Below are positions 1-7,667 of a stretch of 24,956 nucleotides of DNA, one piece after another. Numbering within the stretch: the first letter of the stretch is position 1; every line of letters starts with the position of its first letter. Under the pieces are notes generated by a model. It was given only the letters and a program-made list of their open reading frames with translations. It was not told where the DNA came from and made no database searches. This DNA is from a virus (taxonomy: Duplodnaviria > Caudoviricetes), in IMG/VR virus record IMGVR_UViG_3300044695_005728, positions 1 through 24,956 of that record; one strand, 5' to 3'. A program made the position numbers and the translations under genes.

Positions 1-2
1 AA

Positions 3-275
3 TCTCAGGTTCCTAATCTAGATGATACTAATTTTCAATTTAAAGATGACGCCTTTTCTTATATCAAAAATCTTCTTTATACTCATACAAATTATAATGA
101 AACAGTTTCCATTAATTCAGTTCCACTATATTTTTTAGAACCAAATAATAGAATAAACCTATCTGATTCTAATACTCAAATACAGGGAGATCATTATTTA
201 CAATCTTTTTCTATTCCTTTATCACATGACGGAATTATGTCGATGAATGCCATAAAAATTACTCCACAGATATAA
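3..275 (+). CDS. 3' end of a gene entering from the left edge; probable phage tail/structural-module protein (DUF5048-like C-terminus)
   Basis: Not in the ORF track. The frame from base 3 is open to TAA at 273-275: SQVPNLDD...YNETVSINSVPLYFLEPNNRINLSDSNTQIQGDHYLQSFSIPLSHDGIMSMNAIKITPQI*. The pattern S.N..P.Y.LEPN.RI...G.Y...S.SIPL...G.MS resembles C-termini of Firmicutes phage tail-region proteins (from memory). Confidence 0.65.
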   Translation, partial: SQVPNLDDTNFQFKDDAFSYIKNLLYTHTNYNETVSINSVPLYFLEPNNRINLSDSNTQIQGDHYLQSFSIPLSHDGIMSMNAIKITPQI

Positions 276-306
276 AAAAATGGGGCCCTTAGAGGCCCCA
301 ATTTTC
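274..306. terminator. Probable bidirectional intrinsic terminator between convergent genes
   Basis: 7-bp stem TGGGGCC (281-287) / GGCCCCA (294-300) with a 6-nt loop, an A-run on the left (274-280) and ATTTT on the right. Confidence 0.75.
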
Positions 307-759
307 TATTCTAGTAGCTATATATTCACCAATACAGATAGCATCAGCTTCATCTTGTGTACATTTCTTACCATATTTTTGAAGCACATATTCTTGGGTA
401 TTTCTTTTTTGTTCGCCACGATTTTTGCCTTTAATACCAGAACTAGATTTCCATTGAGAGGCATACACTAAATGATATTTTATCTCACGCTCTCGCAAAG
501 AAAGTAAAAGAGCTCCCTGTAGCATAGCCAATTTCTTAAAGGTCTGCATATTAGACTGCTCCTGAATTTCTTCAATTACAACCTCTACTTGCTCTTCCTC
601 ATACTCATCAATCTTCGATATCATCCACAGCTTCAACTCAAAAACCCTGTCTATAAACTCTCCCTCAAATTGAACCTTTCCAAATTCTATCAGTTCAGCA
701 TTTCTCCAAACAGAATATCCAGAAATATTTGAAGATTGGTCTATAGCAAAATATATCAT
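289..759 (-). CDS. RuvC-like (RNase H fold) Holliday junction resolvase
   Basis: N-terminal AIDQSSNISGYSVW, central VVIEE and C-terminal DEADAICIG give the acidic catalytic residues of RuvC-family enzymes; 156 aa; ATGA overlap with the dut stop codon. Confidence 0.85.
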   Translation of the reverse strand: MIYFAIDQSSNISGYSVWRNAELIEFGKVQFEGEFIDRVFELKLWMISKIDEYEEEQVEVVIEEIQEQSNMQTFKKLAMLQGALLLSLREREIKYHLVYASQWKSSSGIKGKNRGEQKRNTQEYVLQKYGKKCTQDEADAICIGEYIATRIENWGL

Positions 760-1214
760 AGGCCAGTACTTCCAAATCCACCTTGTCGCTCAGAAATCAA
801 ATTAGCCTCAGTAGTCGTGTAATATTTTTCAAATATACCTTGAGCTATTTTTTCTCCTTGTTTTACACTTTGGGATATATTTCCAGTGTTCCATAGTGCA
901 ATACCTATATTGCCATCATTGCTTTTATTTCCATAGTAATCAGAGTCAATTATTCCCACAGTATTTTTTAGCACTAGATTTCTTTGTACCGACATGCTTG
1001 ATCGGGGATAAATTTTTAAGACTTCATCTTCTGAAAATAATGCTTTGATATCTGTCCAAATCATACATGTCTGCCCAGGCTCAATTACAAAATCATTAGG
1101 AGAATAAAAATCGTAGCCAGCTGCTTTAGTGGTTCCTCGACTAGGCAAAGGGATTGCCCTAGATTTAGCATTGCTAACGGCACACTCGTCTTTAACATAA
1201 TAAAAACCTCGCAT
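756..1214 (-). CDS. dut: Trimeric dUTPase
   Basis: All five motifs are present: AAGYDF, PRSS, GIIDSDYYGN, KIAQG and the C-terminal RQGGFGSTG. Confidence 0.96.
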   Translation of the reverse strand: MRGFYYVKDECAVSNAKSRAIPLPSRGTTKAAGYDFYSPNDFVIEPGQTCMIWTDIKALFSEDEVLKIYPRSSMSVQRNLVLKNTVGIIDSDYYGNKSNDGNIGIALWNTGNISQSVKQGEKIAQGIFEKYYTTTEANLISERQGGFGSTGL

Positions 1215-1426
1215 TATTCAATAATCAGATCCTTCTCTTTATTAAACTCTTTAATAATTTTAACAAGATAATAATCGCTCATCTTTTTTGATTTTTTACT
1301 AGTTGAATATCCAACCACTTCATAGCCTTTTGTTGGACCAGCTTCTTTTGCAGCCTGTACTAAGCCCTCTGCTTGATCCTCATCAAGAGTTAAAAATTCT
1401 TCAGTTACCTTCAGTTGATACATCAT
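1214..1426 (-). CDS. Hypothetical phage protein (70 aa)
   Basis: Strong SD (AGGAGG aacaa ATG); TAATG coupling to dut; no recognisable motif. Confidence 0.75.
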   Translation of the reverse strand: MMYQLKVTEEFLTLDEDQAEGLVQAAKEAGPTKGYEVVGYSTSKKSKKMSDYYLVKIIKEFNKEKDLIIE

Positions 1427-1658
1427 TTGTTCCTCCTATTGTAAATACTTCTATATCTATCAATTTTAAAATATCTAATCTGATTTTTTCAATAAAATCT
1501 CTAGGGCCTATTAAAGTTATTGCTTGAGTTCCTGTAGCCTGAACAACTCTAACAATTTCTTCTGCACTAGTTCTATAAATCTCAATCTTGATGCCACTGT
1601 CCATATGACAAGTAGCACCAAGGGTAAAATTAAAACAATTTACTACCATTGAACTCAT
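1401..1658 (-). CDS. Hypothetical phage protein (~85 aa)
   Basis: Start moved from the track's 1676 to ATG 1658, which overlaps the upstream TGA (ATGA) and follows GGGGAG. Fills the gap in a tightly packed operon. Confidence 0.65.
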   Translation of the reverse strand: MSSMVVNCFNFTLGATCHMDSGIKIEIYRTSAEEIVRVVQATGTQAITLIGPRDFIEKIRLDILKLIDIEVFTIGGTNDVSTEGN

Positions 1659-2014
1659 AATTGCTCTACTCCCCAATCAAATGGAGCCAAGTGAAAATAT
1701 ACGCTCTGAATCCATATCTCTAAAGAGCCATCTTCTCTAATCTCTAAGTGAACAATATCTTTCATTGGAACCATTACATCCTCGTTTAATAATCCAAACC
1801 AACTATTAGAAAAGTATTCTAGTAGAGATTCTGCATTGCCACCATTGACCGCAGTCTTAAATACAGTATAGTAGTCAACTTCTTTTGAGAGAAGTATAAA
1901 GTATTGTGCAGTTGGATTTTCACTAAAAAATTCTTCAAACTTCTGTAAGATTAATTCATTATCTAGCGGAGATGCATCTGCAAATAGCTTTTTACCTAAA
2001 TCCTCTAATCTCAT
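1655..2014 (-). CDS. Hypothetical phage protein (119 aa)
   Basis: SD AAAGGAG upstream of the ATG; first gene after the consensus promoter at 2041-2069. Confidence 0.8.
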   Translation of the reverse strand: MRLEDLGKKLFADASPLDNELILQKFEEFFSENPTAQYFILLSKEVDYYTVFKTAVNGGNAESLLEYFSNSWFGLLNEDVMVPMKDIVHLEIREDGSLEIWIQSVYFHLAPFDWGVEQL

Positions 2015-2040
2015 TATCCATCTCCTTTCTTTATATTTTT

Positions 2041-2069
2041 ATTATATCATAGTTAATTATAATTGTCAA
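2041..2069 (-). promoter_or_regulatory. SigA/sigma70 consensus promoter with extended -10
   Basis: Minus strand reads TTGACA-attataattaactaTGa-TATAAT (17-nt spacer), starting directly after the dnaE TAG stop. Confidence 0.85.
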
Positions 2070-5000
2070 CTATCTTTCTCTTTTTAAGATTAGCTGACCT
2101 TCTGTATCTATATCTTCTATCAGGTATAGAGTTTCAGTAGATGTATGTGAGTATTTCTTTGGAACAAATTCTGAGCCTCTCCTAAATCCAGTTAACAATA
2201 TCTTCTTGCCTCGACTAAACCAAGATCTATCAAGGATTCGCTTTGATCCATCGTCTCTTGTTTCGGATGTCTGCTTGTCATAGTGAGCAAACTGTTCAGG
2301 CCTAAATTTGACATATACTACTCCATCAGTAGTTAATATAGAAACAGTAGACTTCATTTTATCTTTGCCCAATATGGTTCCAGCTATAACACTAGTTTTA
2401 AAAATTGGAATGCGCTTTCTGCCGAACTCTAATATTTTTTCTACTTCTGGATAGCTTGGTAAGTCATAGAATTTTGAGAGTCCATAGCTACGATCACTAA
2501 TTTTATCTAGTTCGTGAAATGAATGATAAAAGCTTACTGAATCCATTTCCCATGAAGCTAAATTACCATAAGCATACTTATTCCACTCTTCTTCAAAAGC
2601 TTCTCGATTAAGGGCTTCTTTTAGCGAGTCAGAATTATTTGTTAGCCATTGCCTCAAACTATCCATTTCTTTATTATAAAGTTTATCCCAGACTGTACAC
2701 TTAATTACCTCTGAGCCTGCTTGTACTTCGATCAGATCAATATTAAAGTATTGTGAATAAAATTGCATAGCCCTATAATCTAGATTATAATATGCACCCT
2801 TTTTGTGCGTCTTTAAATATCTATTGAATTCAAATATTGAAAGCTCTCGACTCATCTCTTCTGTAATTAAATTGTTTGCTATCAGAGTGGGAACAGTCTG
2901 TAAAGATATTCTAGTCTTCTCAGGAATAGTAGACAATAAATATTTCTTCATAATGTCGTATCTATCTATCTGTTCTACTCGATCAAAAGCGCCTGACTTT
3001 ATTAGAGAGACCATAGCTAACTTAGAGGGATTATTCTTTTGAATAAAATCTTCCATCGAAAGATATGGTCGATTTTCTATTATTTTGTTAACCACATCAT
3101 CGCCAATATTTGCTAATCCCTTTAAACCAAAGAATATTCTATCTCCTTCTAGATCTGGACTAAAATTAAACTTAGACCTGTTAATATCGGGAAGTGAAAC
3201 ATTAACCCCATTAGATTTAATATACCCTATTGCAACAGCTATCTTAGCATAATCTGTAGCCTTATCATCTTCTGCTCCTGCATTAACAAAAAGACAAGCA
3301 GTGTTCCAATATAGACTTGGATAGCGATTAAAGAGATTCAATTCTTGAAGGGCAATGGCAGTATAAGGAGTAGTGTGATTTCTACTGAAACTGTAGCCTA
3401 GTTGCGGCTCGATAGCAGTAGAATAAATATAATCTAGTAACTGCTTGCGCGCACCACTCTTATCATAAATCATCTTCTTCAACTTTGGAATTTCATCCAT
3501 CTTCTTCTTTCCAACTACTTTACGAGCATAGTTAGCCTCTTCCAAAGAAAATCCTACAAGCTGGGAATTCATGAGAACTTCCATCATATCTTCTTGAGTA
3601 TTGGGAACTCCATATACTGGAAGATAATGAGGCTCAAGTAGAGTCATATCATCTTGAGTCAGTCCACTCTCACGCATTTCTTGATACCATAATTGAATAT
3701 TATTTTTGAACTGAACATATTTATCAACAGGAACTACTCCATTATCTAGGGGCATTAATCTCATTAAAGAATTAGCTGAGGCTGCATCTTCTAGAGATTC
3801 TGGCTGAACTTTTTTAATAGCTTGACCCCCAACAAGAGTATCAAACTGGAAAAGATTTATAACTTCACCATTGCCACCTGGTTCCCACATTTTCTTGGAA
3901 TATTCCAGCACGTCGGGATGTAGGTAGTGGTCATAATTTGCTTTAAGTGAGCCCTGATCCTGCATCAAGCCATCTTCAACTAACAAGTCCATAGCAGTTC
4001 TAATCTTATCTAAAGCTTCGATTGTGAGAAAGTCATACTTCAAACAACCCATATAATCCGAGTCATTCATATCCCATTGAGTAATATACTGCCCATTTGG
4101 AGCCCTCATTAATGCATTACGCTCTAAGAATCCATCATTGAATATATAAACACCTGCGGCATGAATTGAACGCTTATTTACAAGACCTTCTATCTTTAAA
4201 ACCATTTGCTCGAGACCTGGATACTTTTCTACTTCCATTTTTAAAGAATAGATAGGGTCTCTATCTTTTTCTCGATTCCCATATAGGCAATCGCTCAGAG
4301 GCCACGTAAACCCTCTTTCTTGAGGAATCATGCCTGTTAAATAGAGTCCTACATCACTATCAATTCCAAGCCCTCTACAGGCTGTTAGAATGGCTGATTT
4401 AGGTCCCTCTGTTCCAAATGTACAGATATTTAAAACATTATGGTCGCCGAAGAAGTCTTTGATAGCTTGTAGAATTTGACCTCTTCTTAGGGCTTGAGTA
4501 TCAAAATCTATATCGGGTAATTCTGGTCTTGTAGCAGTTAGGTGTCTCCAGTGTGGTAGATTCCATTTTATAGGATCAAGCTGTGTGATTCCAAGAAGAT
4601 AGCAAGACAAAAATCCTGTGGCACTTCCTCGAGCTACACCAACTAAACTATCTCCTTTTGTCCATACCAACTCTATAATTTTAGCCATAGTATTGTAATA
4701 CGATGTCATACGCAACCCTAGAGTCTCACTGATTCCCCAAATTTCTTGTGCTTCTTGATTTAGCCTTGATAGATATGTATCATTCAATAATGACTTTTCT
4801 TTTAGCTTTTCAACACAGGTTGTCACCCAATACTGATCCTGTAAGGACTCGCTCATTCTCATCTTCATTAGATACTGATATCCACCAATGAGAGGCTTTT
4901 CAATATAGATAGGAGAAACTTCAATAGTAGGTATGAGCTGAGGGGTGAATAGATCGTAGTCCTCAACCCAGCTTAGGACGGTTTGGGAGACTCGAACCAT

Positions 5001-5846
5001 CTCATCAAACTCTTCTCTAGAAAAGTCTAATTGTAAATATTCCCATACTTCTTCTTCTGTCATTATATAGGCTGTCGAATAAAAATCATCAACCTCACGC
5101 TCACCATGTTTAGAGTTAAGAAAGGCTTTATGAATCTCTCGATCAGATTTTTCTGTATAATGAGAATCTGTGGCGAATAAAAGTGGAATGCCGAAATATT
5201 TGCTGAGAGAGCGCATACGCCTATTAACAATTCTCTGTTCTTCTGCTGTATTTGGAGCTATTTCAAAGAATAGATACTGACCAAAACACTCTTTTAAAAA
5301 GTCAACAAACGCAACAATATTTTTTTTCTGTTGAACAATCTCTGCTTGATTTCCATTCTTCTCGGCTTGATCTAGTTTTAATATATACTGTGGAAGCTCA
5401 CCACCAATACATGCACTCGTAGCAATTAGAGTATCGGGGTATTTTTTAGTGATAGATAGCAGCTCTTGTTTTGTAACTGGAACTCTTTCCATTCCTCGAT
5501 CAAAGTATGATTGTGACCAAGCTAATGAGCTCAATTCTCTGAGGGCTCGATGACCCTCACTATTTCTAGCCATTAATAAAAAGTGAGGATAGCGGCTCCC
5601 CATTGAACGATCTTCTGTTAAATAGATTTCATTTCCCAGAATCAATTTAAATGACTTATCTTTATAATTCTTTTTATAATATTGAACTGCCTCAACATGA
5701 GCAGATAAAATTTCATGGTCAGTAATAGCGACTCCTGATAGTCCTAATTGGTAGGCTCTATCTATGAGCTCGGCAGGCTTTATAATACAATCTAAAAGTC
5801 TTAAGTTTGAATAGTGTGTGTGATTATGTACTGACACGTAACTCAT
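2070..5846 (-). CDS. dnaE: DNA polymerase III alpha subunit (family C, DnaE type; SPbeta YorL-like)
   Basis: PHP domain (HNHTHYS, ITDHE, GNEIY, SACIGG, TDSHY), RGSATG, catalytic PDIDFD and KYDFL, YSFSRNH, HhH region GLKGLANIG, C-terminal OB-like region; SD AAAGGAGG. No intein visible. Confidence 0.97.
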   Translation of the reverse strand: MSYVSVHNHTHYSNLRLLDCIIKPAELIDRAYQLGLSGVAITDHEILSAHVEAVQYYKKNYKDKSFKLILGNEIYLTEDRSMGSRYPHFLLMARNSEGHRALRELSSLAWSQSYFDRGMERVPVTKQELLSITKKYPDTLIATSACIGGELPQYILKLDQAEKNGNQAEIVQQKKNIVAFVDFLKECFGQYLFFEIAPNTAEEQRIVNRRMRSLSKYFGIPLLFATDSHYTEKSDREIHKAFLNSKHGEREVDDFYSTAYIMTEEEVWEYLQLDFSREEFDEMVRVSQTVLSWVEDYDLFTPQLIPTIEVSPIYIEKPLIGGYQYLMKMRMSESLQDQYWVTTCVEKLKEKSLLNDTYLSRLNQEAQEIWGISETLGLRMTSYYNTMAKIIELVWTKGDSLVGVARGSATGFLSCYLLGITQLDPIKWNLPHWRHLTATRPELPDIDFDTQALRRGQILQAIKDFFGDHNVLNICTFGTEGPKSAILTACRGLGIDSDVGLYLTGMIPQERGFTWPLSDCLYGNREKDRDPIYSLKMEVEKYPGLEQMVLKIEGLVNKRSIHAAGVYIFNDGFLERNALMRAPNGQYITQWDMNDSDYMGCLKYDFLTIEALDKIRTAMDLLVEDGLMQDQGSLKANYDHYLHPDVLEYSKKMWEPGGNGEVINLFQFDTLVGGQAIKKVQPESLEDAASANSLMRLMPLDNGVVPVDKYVQFKNNIQLWYQEMRESGLTQDDMTLLEPHYLPVYGVPNTQEDMMEVLMNSQLVGFSLEEANYARKVVGKKKMDEIPKLKKMIYDKSGARKQLLDYIYSTAIEPQLGYSFSRNHTTPYTAIALQELNLFNRYPSLYWNTACLFVNAGAEDDKATDYAKIAVAIGYIKSNGVNVSLPDINRSKFNFSPDLEGDRIFFGLKGLANIGDDVVNKIIENRPYLSMEDFIQKNNPSKLAMVSLIKSGAFDRVEQIDRYDIMKKYLLSTIPEKTRISLQTVPTLIANNLITEEMSRELSIFEFNRYLKTHKKGAYYNLDYRAMQFYSQYFNIDLIEVQAGSEVIKCTVWDKLYNKEMDSLRQWLTNNSDSLKEALNREAFEEEWNKYAYGNLASWEMDSVSFYHSFHELDKISDRSYGLSKFYDLPSYPEVEKILEFGRKRIPIFKTSVIAGTILGKDKMKSTVSILTTDGVVYVKFRPEQFAHYDKQTSETRDDGSKRILDRSWFSRGKKILLTGFRRGSEFVPKKYSHTSTETLYLIEDIDTEGQLILKRER

Positions 5847-5859
5847 AGAAATCCTCCTT

Positions 5860-6234
5860 TTATTCTATTACTCCTTGAATACCTCGCTCAAGAAATCTCT
5901 CAACAACCTTGCTAGGTTTTAAAATCTGTTTAAAAACATCTAATGCACGATCTGGAAAACAATAATTTGAACATGTATAACAATCAAATGCTATAAATCC
6001 AAACTCTGGGTAAGTATGAATACTTAAATGAGATTCCTCGAGAAGAACTAGAATAGTCAGTCCCTGTGGCTCGAAATCTTTAAAGATGATATCCACTACA
6101 GTTGCTCCAGTTGCATTTGCAGCCAGCTCACATAGAGCTTTCATAAATGCAAAATTATCGATAGTATCTGAGTCGCATCCCCAGATATCGGCAATTTGGT
6201 GTTTGCCATATGTATTAAAACTACTTTGTTGCAC
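5860..6234 (-). CDS. speD: Pyruvoyl-dependent S-adenosylmethionine decarboxylase proenzyme (short prokaryotic type)
   Basis: GKH near the N-terminus, FEPQG, self-cleavage motif LLEE/SHLSIHTYPE and DCYTC; GTG start 8 nt after AGGAGG. Confidence 0.93.
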   Translation of the reverse strand: MQQSSFNTYGKHQIADIWGCDSDTIDNFAFMKALCELAANATGATVVDIIFKDFEPQGLTILVLLEESHLSIHTYPEFGFIAFDCYTCSNYCFPDRALDVFKQILKPSKVVERFLERGIQGVIE

Positions 6235-6257
6235 TATTAATTCCTCCTTATTTATAT

Positions 6258-6286
6258 ATTATATCTTTTTTATGAACATTTGTCAA
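6258..6286 (-). promoter_or_regulatory. SigA/sigma70 consensus promoter driving speD-dnaE
   Basis: TTGACA-aatgttcataaaaaaga-TATAAT, 17-nt spacer. Confidence 0.85.
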
Positions 6287-6332
6287 TAAAATAGAAAATT
6301 GCCCCTAATTAAAGGGGCAAATCGATTCTATT
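6287..6332 (-). terminator. Intrinsic terminator after the 422-aa gene
   Basis: 8-bp stem TTGCCCCT (6299-6306) / AGGGGCAA (6313-6320), loop AATTAA, followed on the minus strand by TTTTCTATTTT. Confidence 0.8.
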
Positions 6333-7599
6333 AGTAAACTTCTTTCCAGGTTATGTTGGAGATAACTGTTGCGTTTCCATTAAAAGATTTGGCTAAGACT
6401 ACAAAAACCTCACTATCAGTAGAATTAAAGTTTTGAGCTATGAAATTTTTTCTAAGCTGCAATTCATTTGTAAGAATAGCTGTTCCAGGTGCTTGATTTC
6501 CTGTTCCTTGTCCACCTGCTGGAACCAGTCCACTATCTATAAATTCAACAGAGCTAGTAGAATATGTGGTAGCTGAAATATCGTACTCTACTGCCGAAAT
6601 ATTTCCTGCAGAAACCCAGCTTGCGGTTGATAGAGCAGAAGCAGAAGGTAATTTAACTACTTCAAAAACTACATTGTTGGAAGTGGCCAATAAATCTATT
6701 GTTACATATCGTGTATATACTCTATTTTCAAATCCATTAAATGAATTTTTTAATCTGATAGATAGAATAGGAGTAAGGCCCGCTGTCGTTACTGTTTTTG
6801 CCGTCGGAGTAGTCGCAGAAAATTGTCTACCTACCTCAAAATAGCCTCCTTCGCTTACTACAGTAGAGCAGATTTGCTTTATTGAGGCAGTTCCAGCTCC
6901 AGAAACTTCATATCTCACAGGTAGATTTGCTGTTCTCATATACACTTTATCTAGATTATTAGCATGATATATTTCCCCAGCCACTATATTTCTTCCATCT
7001 TTATTGAATCCGAATCTTACTCTTCCTACGCCAAGCCACTCAAAGTCTATAAAGAGAATCTGGGTTTTTGTTGCATCAAACCAGCTGACGTCTTCGCCAC
7101 TCCAATCAGCTTGATCGTATTCAGTTTCTTCTACTGTTCCACTTGTATCAGATCTGACAACAAATGTTAAAGTTCCATCTCCATTTTGCCGCAAATATAG
7201 GCCATTTTGACTGCCAAAATACCCTACTCTTTTTGTTGCTCCTACAACTGCAGGACCAAAACAGAAAGAAGCAAAAATCAACTGGCTTTTCCCAGGCATA
7301 TAGTTGTGATACATTTTTGTTTGTTGTGTTGCTGTACCAGCCGAACTTCCAATTGAAAGAACTGATTCTGCGCGATTAAAGTCATAGGACACAGTTCCAC
7401 TACCTTGAGTATTCACAGTAAAATCTGTTCCATCTATATATGCAAACTTATAATCATTTATAGTCCTAGGATCAGAAATTCTTAATCTACCAAAAGCATC
7501 GCCTGCAAAACTTCCTTGAGCATCACCTACTAGAGCGACCTTTATAGCCTGGTTTGTACTATCTACTATATCTATTCTCTGGTTGTTGGTATCTATCAT
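6331..7599 (-). CDS. Beta-rich protein of a conserved aquatic-phage family, possibly virion-associated; true start may be upstream (ATA at 7656)
   Basis: Motifs DAFGRLRISDP, YMPGKSQ, IDFEWLGVGRVRFG and YMRTANLPVRYE match a family I recognise from cyanophage/freshwater phage genomes; Thr/Ser/Gly/Ala rich; function not established. Confidence 0.7.
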   Translation of the reverse strand: MIDTNNQRIDIVDSTNQAIKVALVGDAQGSFAGDAFGRLRISDPRTINDYKFAYIDGTDFTVNTQGSGTVSYDFNRAESVLSIGSSAGTATQQTKMYHNYMPGKSQLIFASFCFGPAVVGATKRVGYFGSQNGLYLRQNGDGTLTFVVRSDTSGTVEETEYDQADWSGEDVSWFDATKTQILFIDFEWLGVGRVRFGFNKDGRNIVAGEIYHANNLDKVYMRTANLPVRYEVSGAGTASIKQICSTVVSEGGYFEVGRQFSATTPTAKTVTTAGLTPILSIRLKNSFNGFENRVYTRYVTIDLLATSNNVVFEVVKLPSASALSTASWVSAGNISAVEYDISATTYSTSSVEFIDSGLVPAGGQGTGNQAPGTAILTNELQLRKNFIAQNFNSTDSEVFVVLAKSFNGNATVISNITWKEVY

Positions 7600-7667
7600 A
7601 TAGGCACTATTTGGTGGATAGTTATCTATCTTTTCGCTCGAGCTTAATATCGTTATGACAATCCCTC

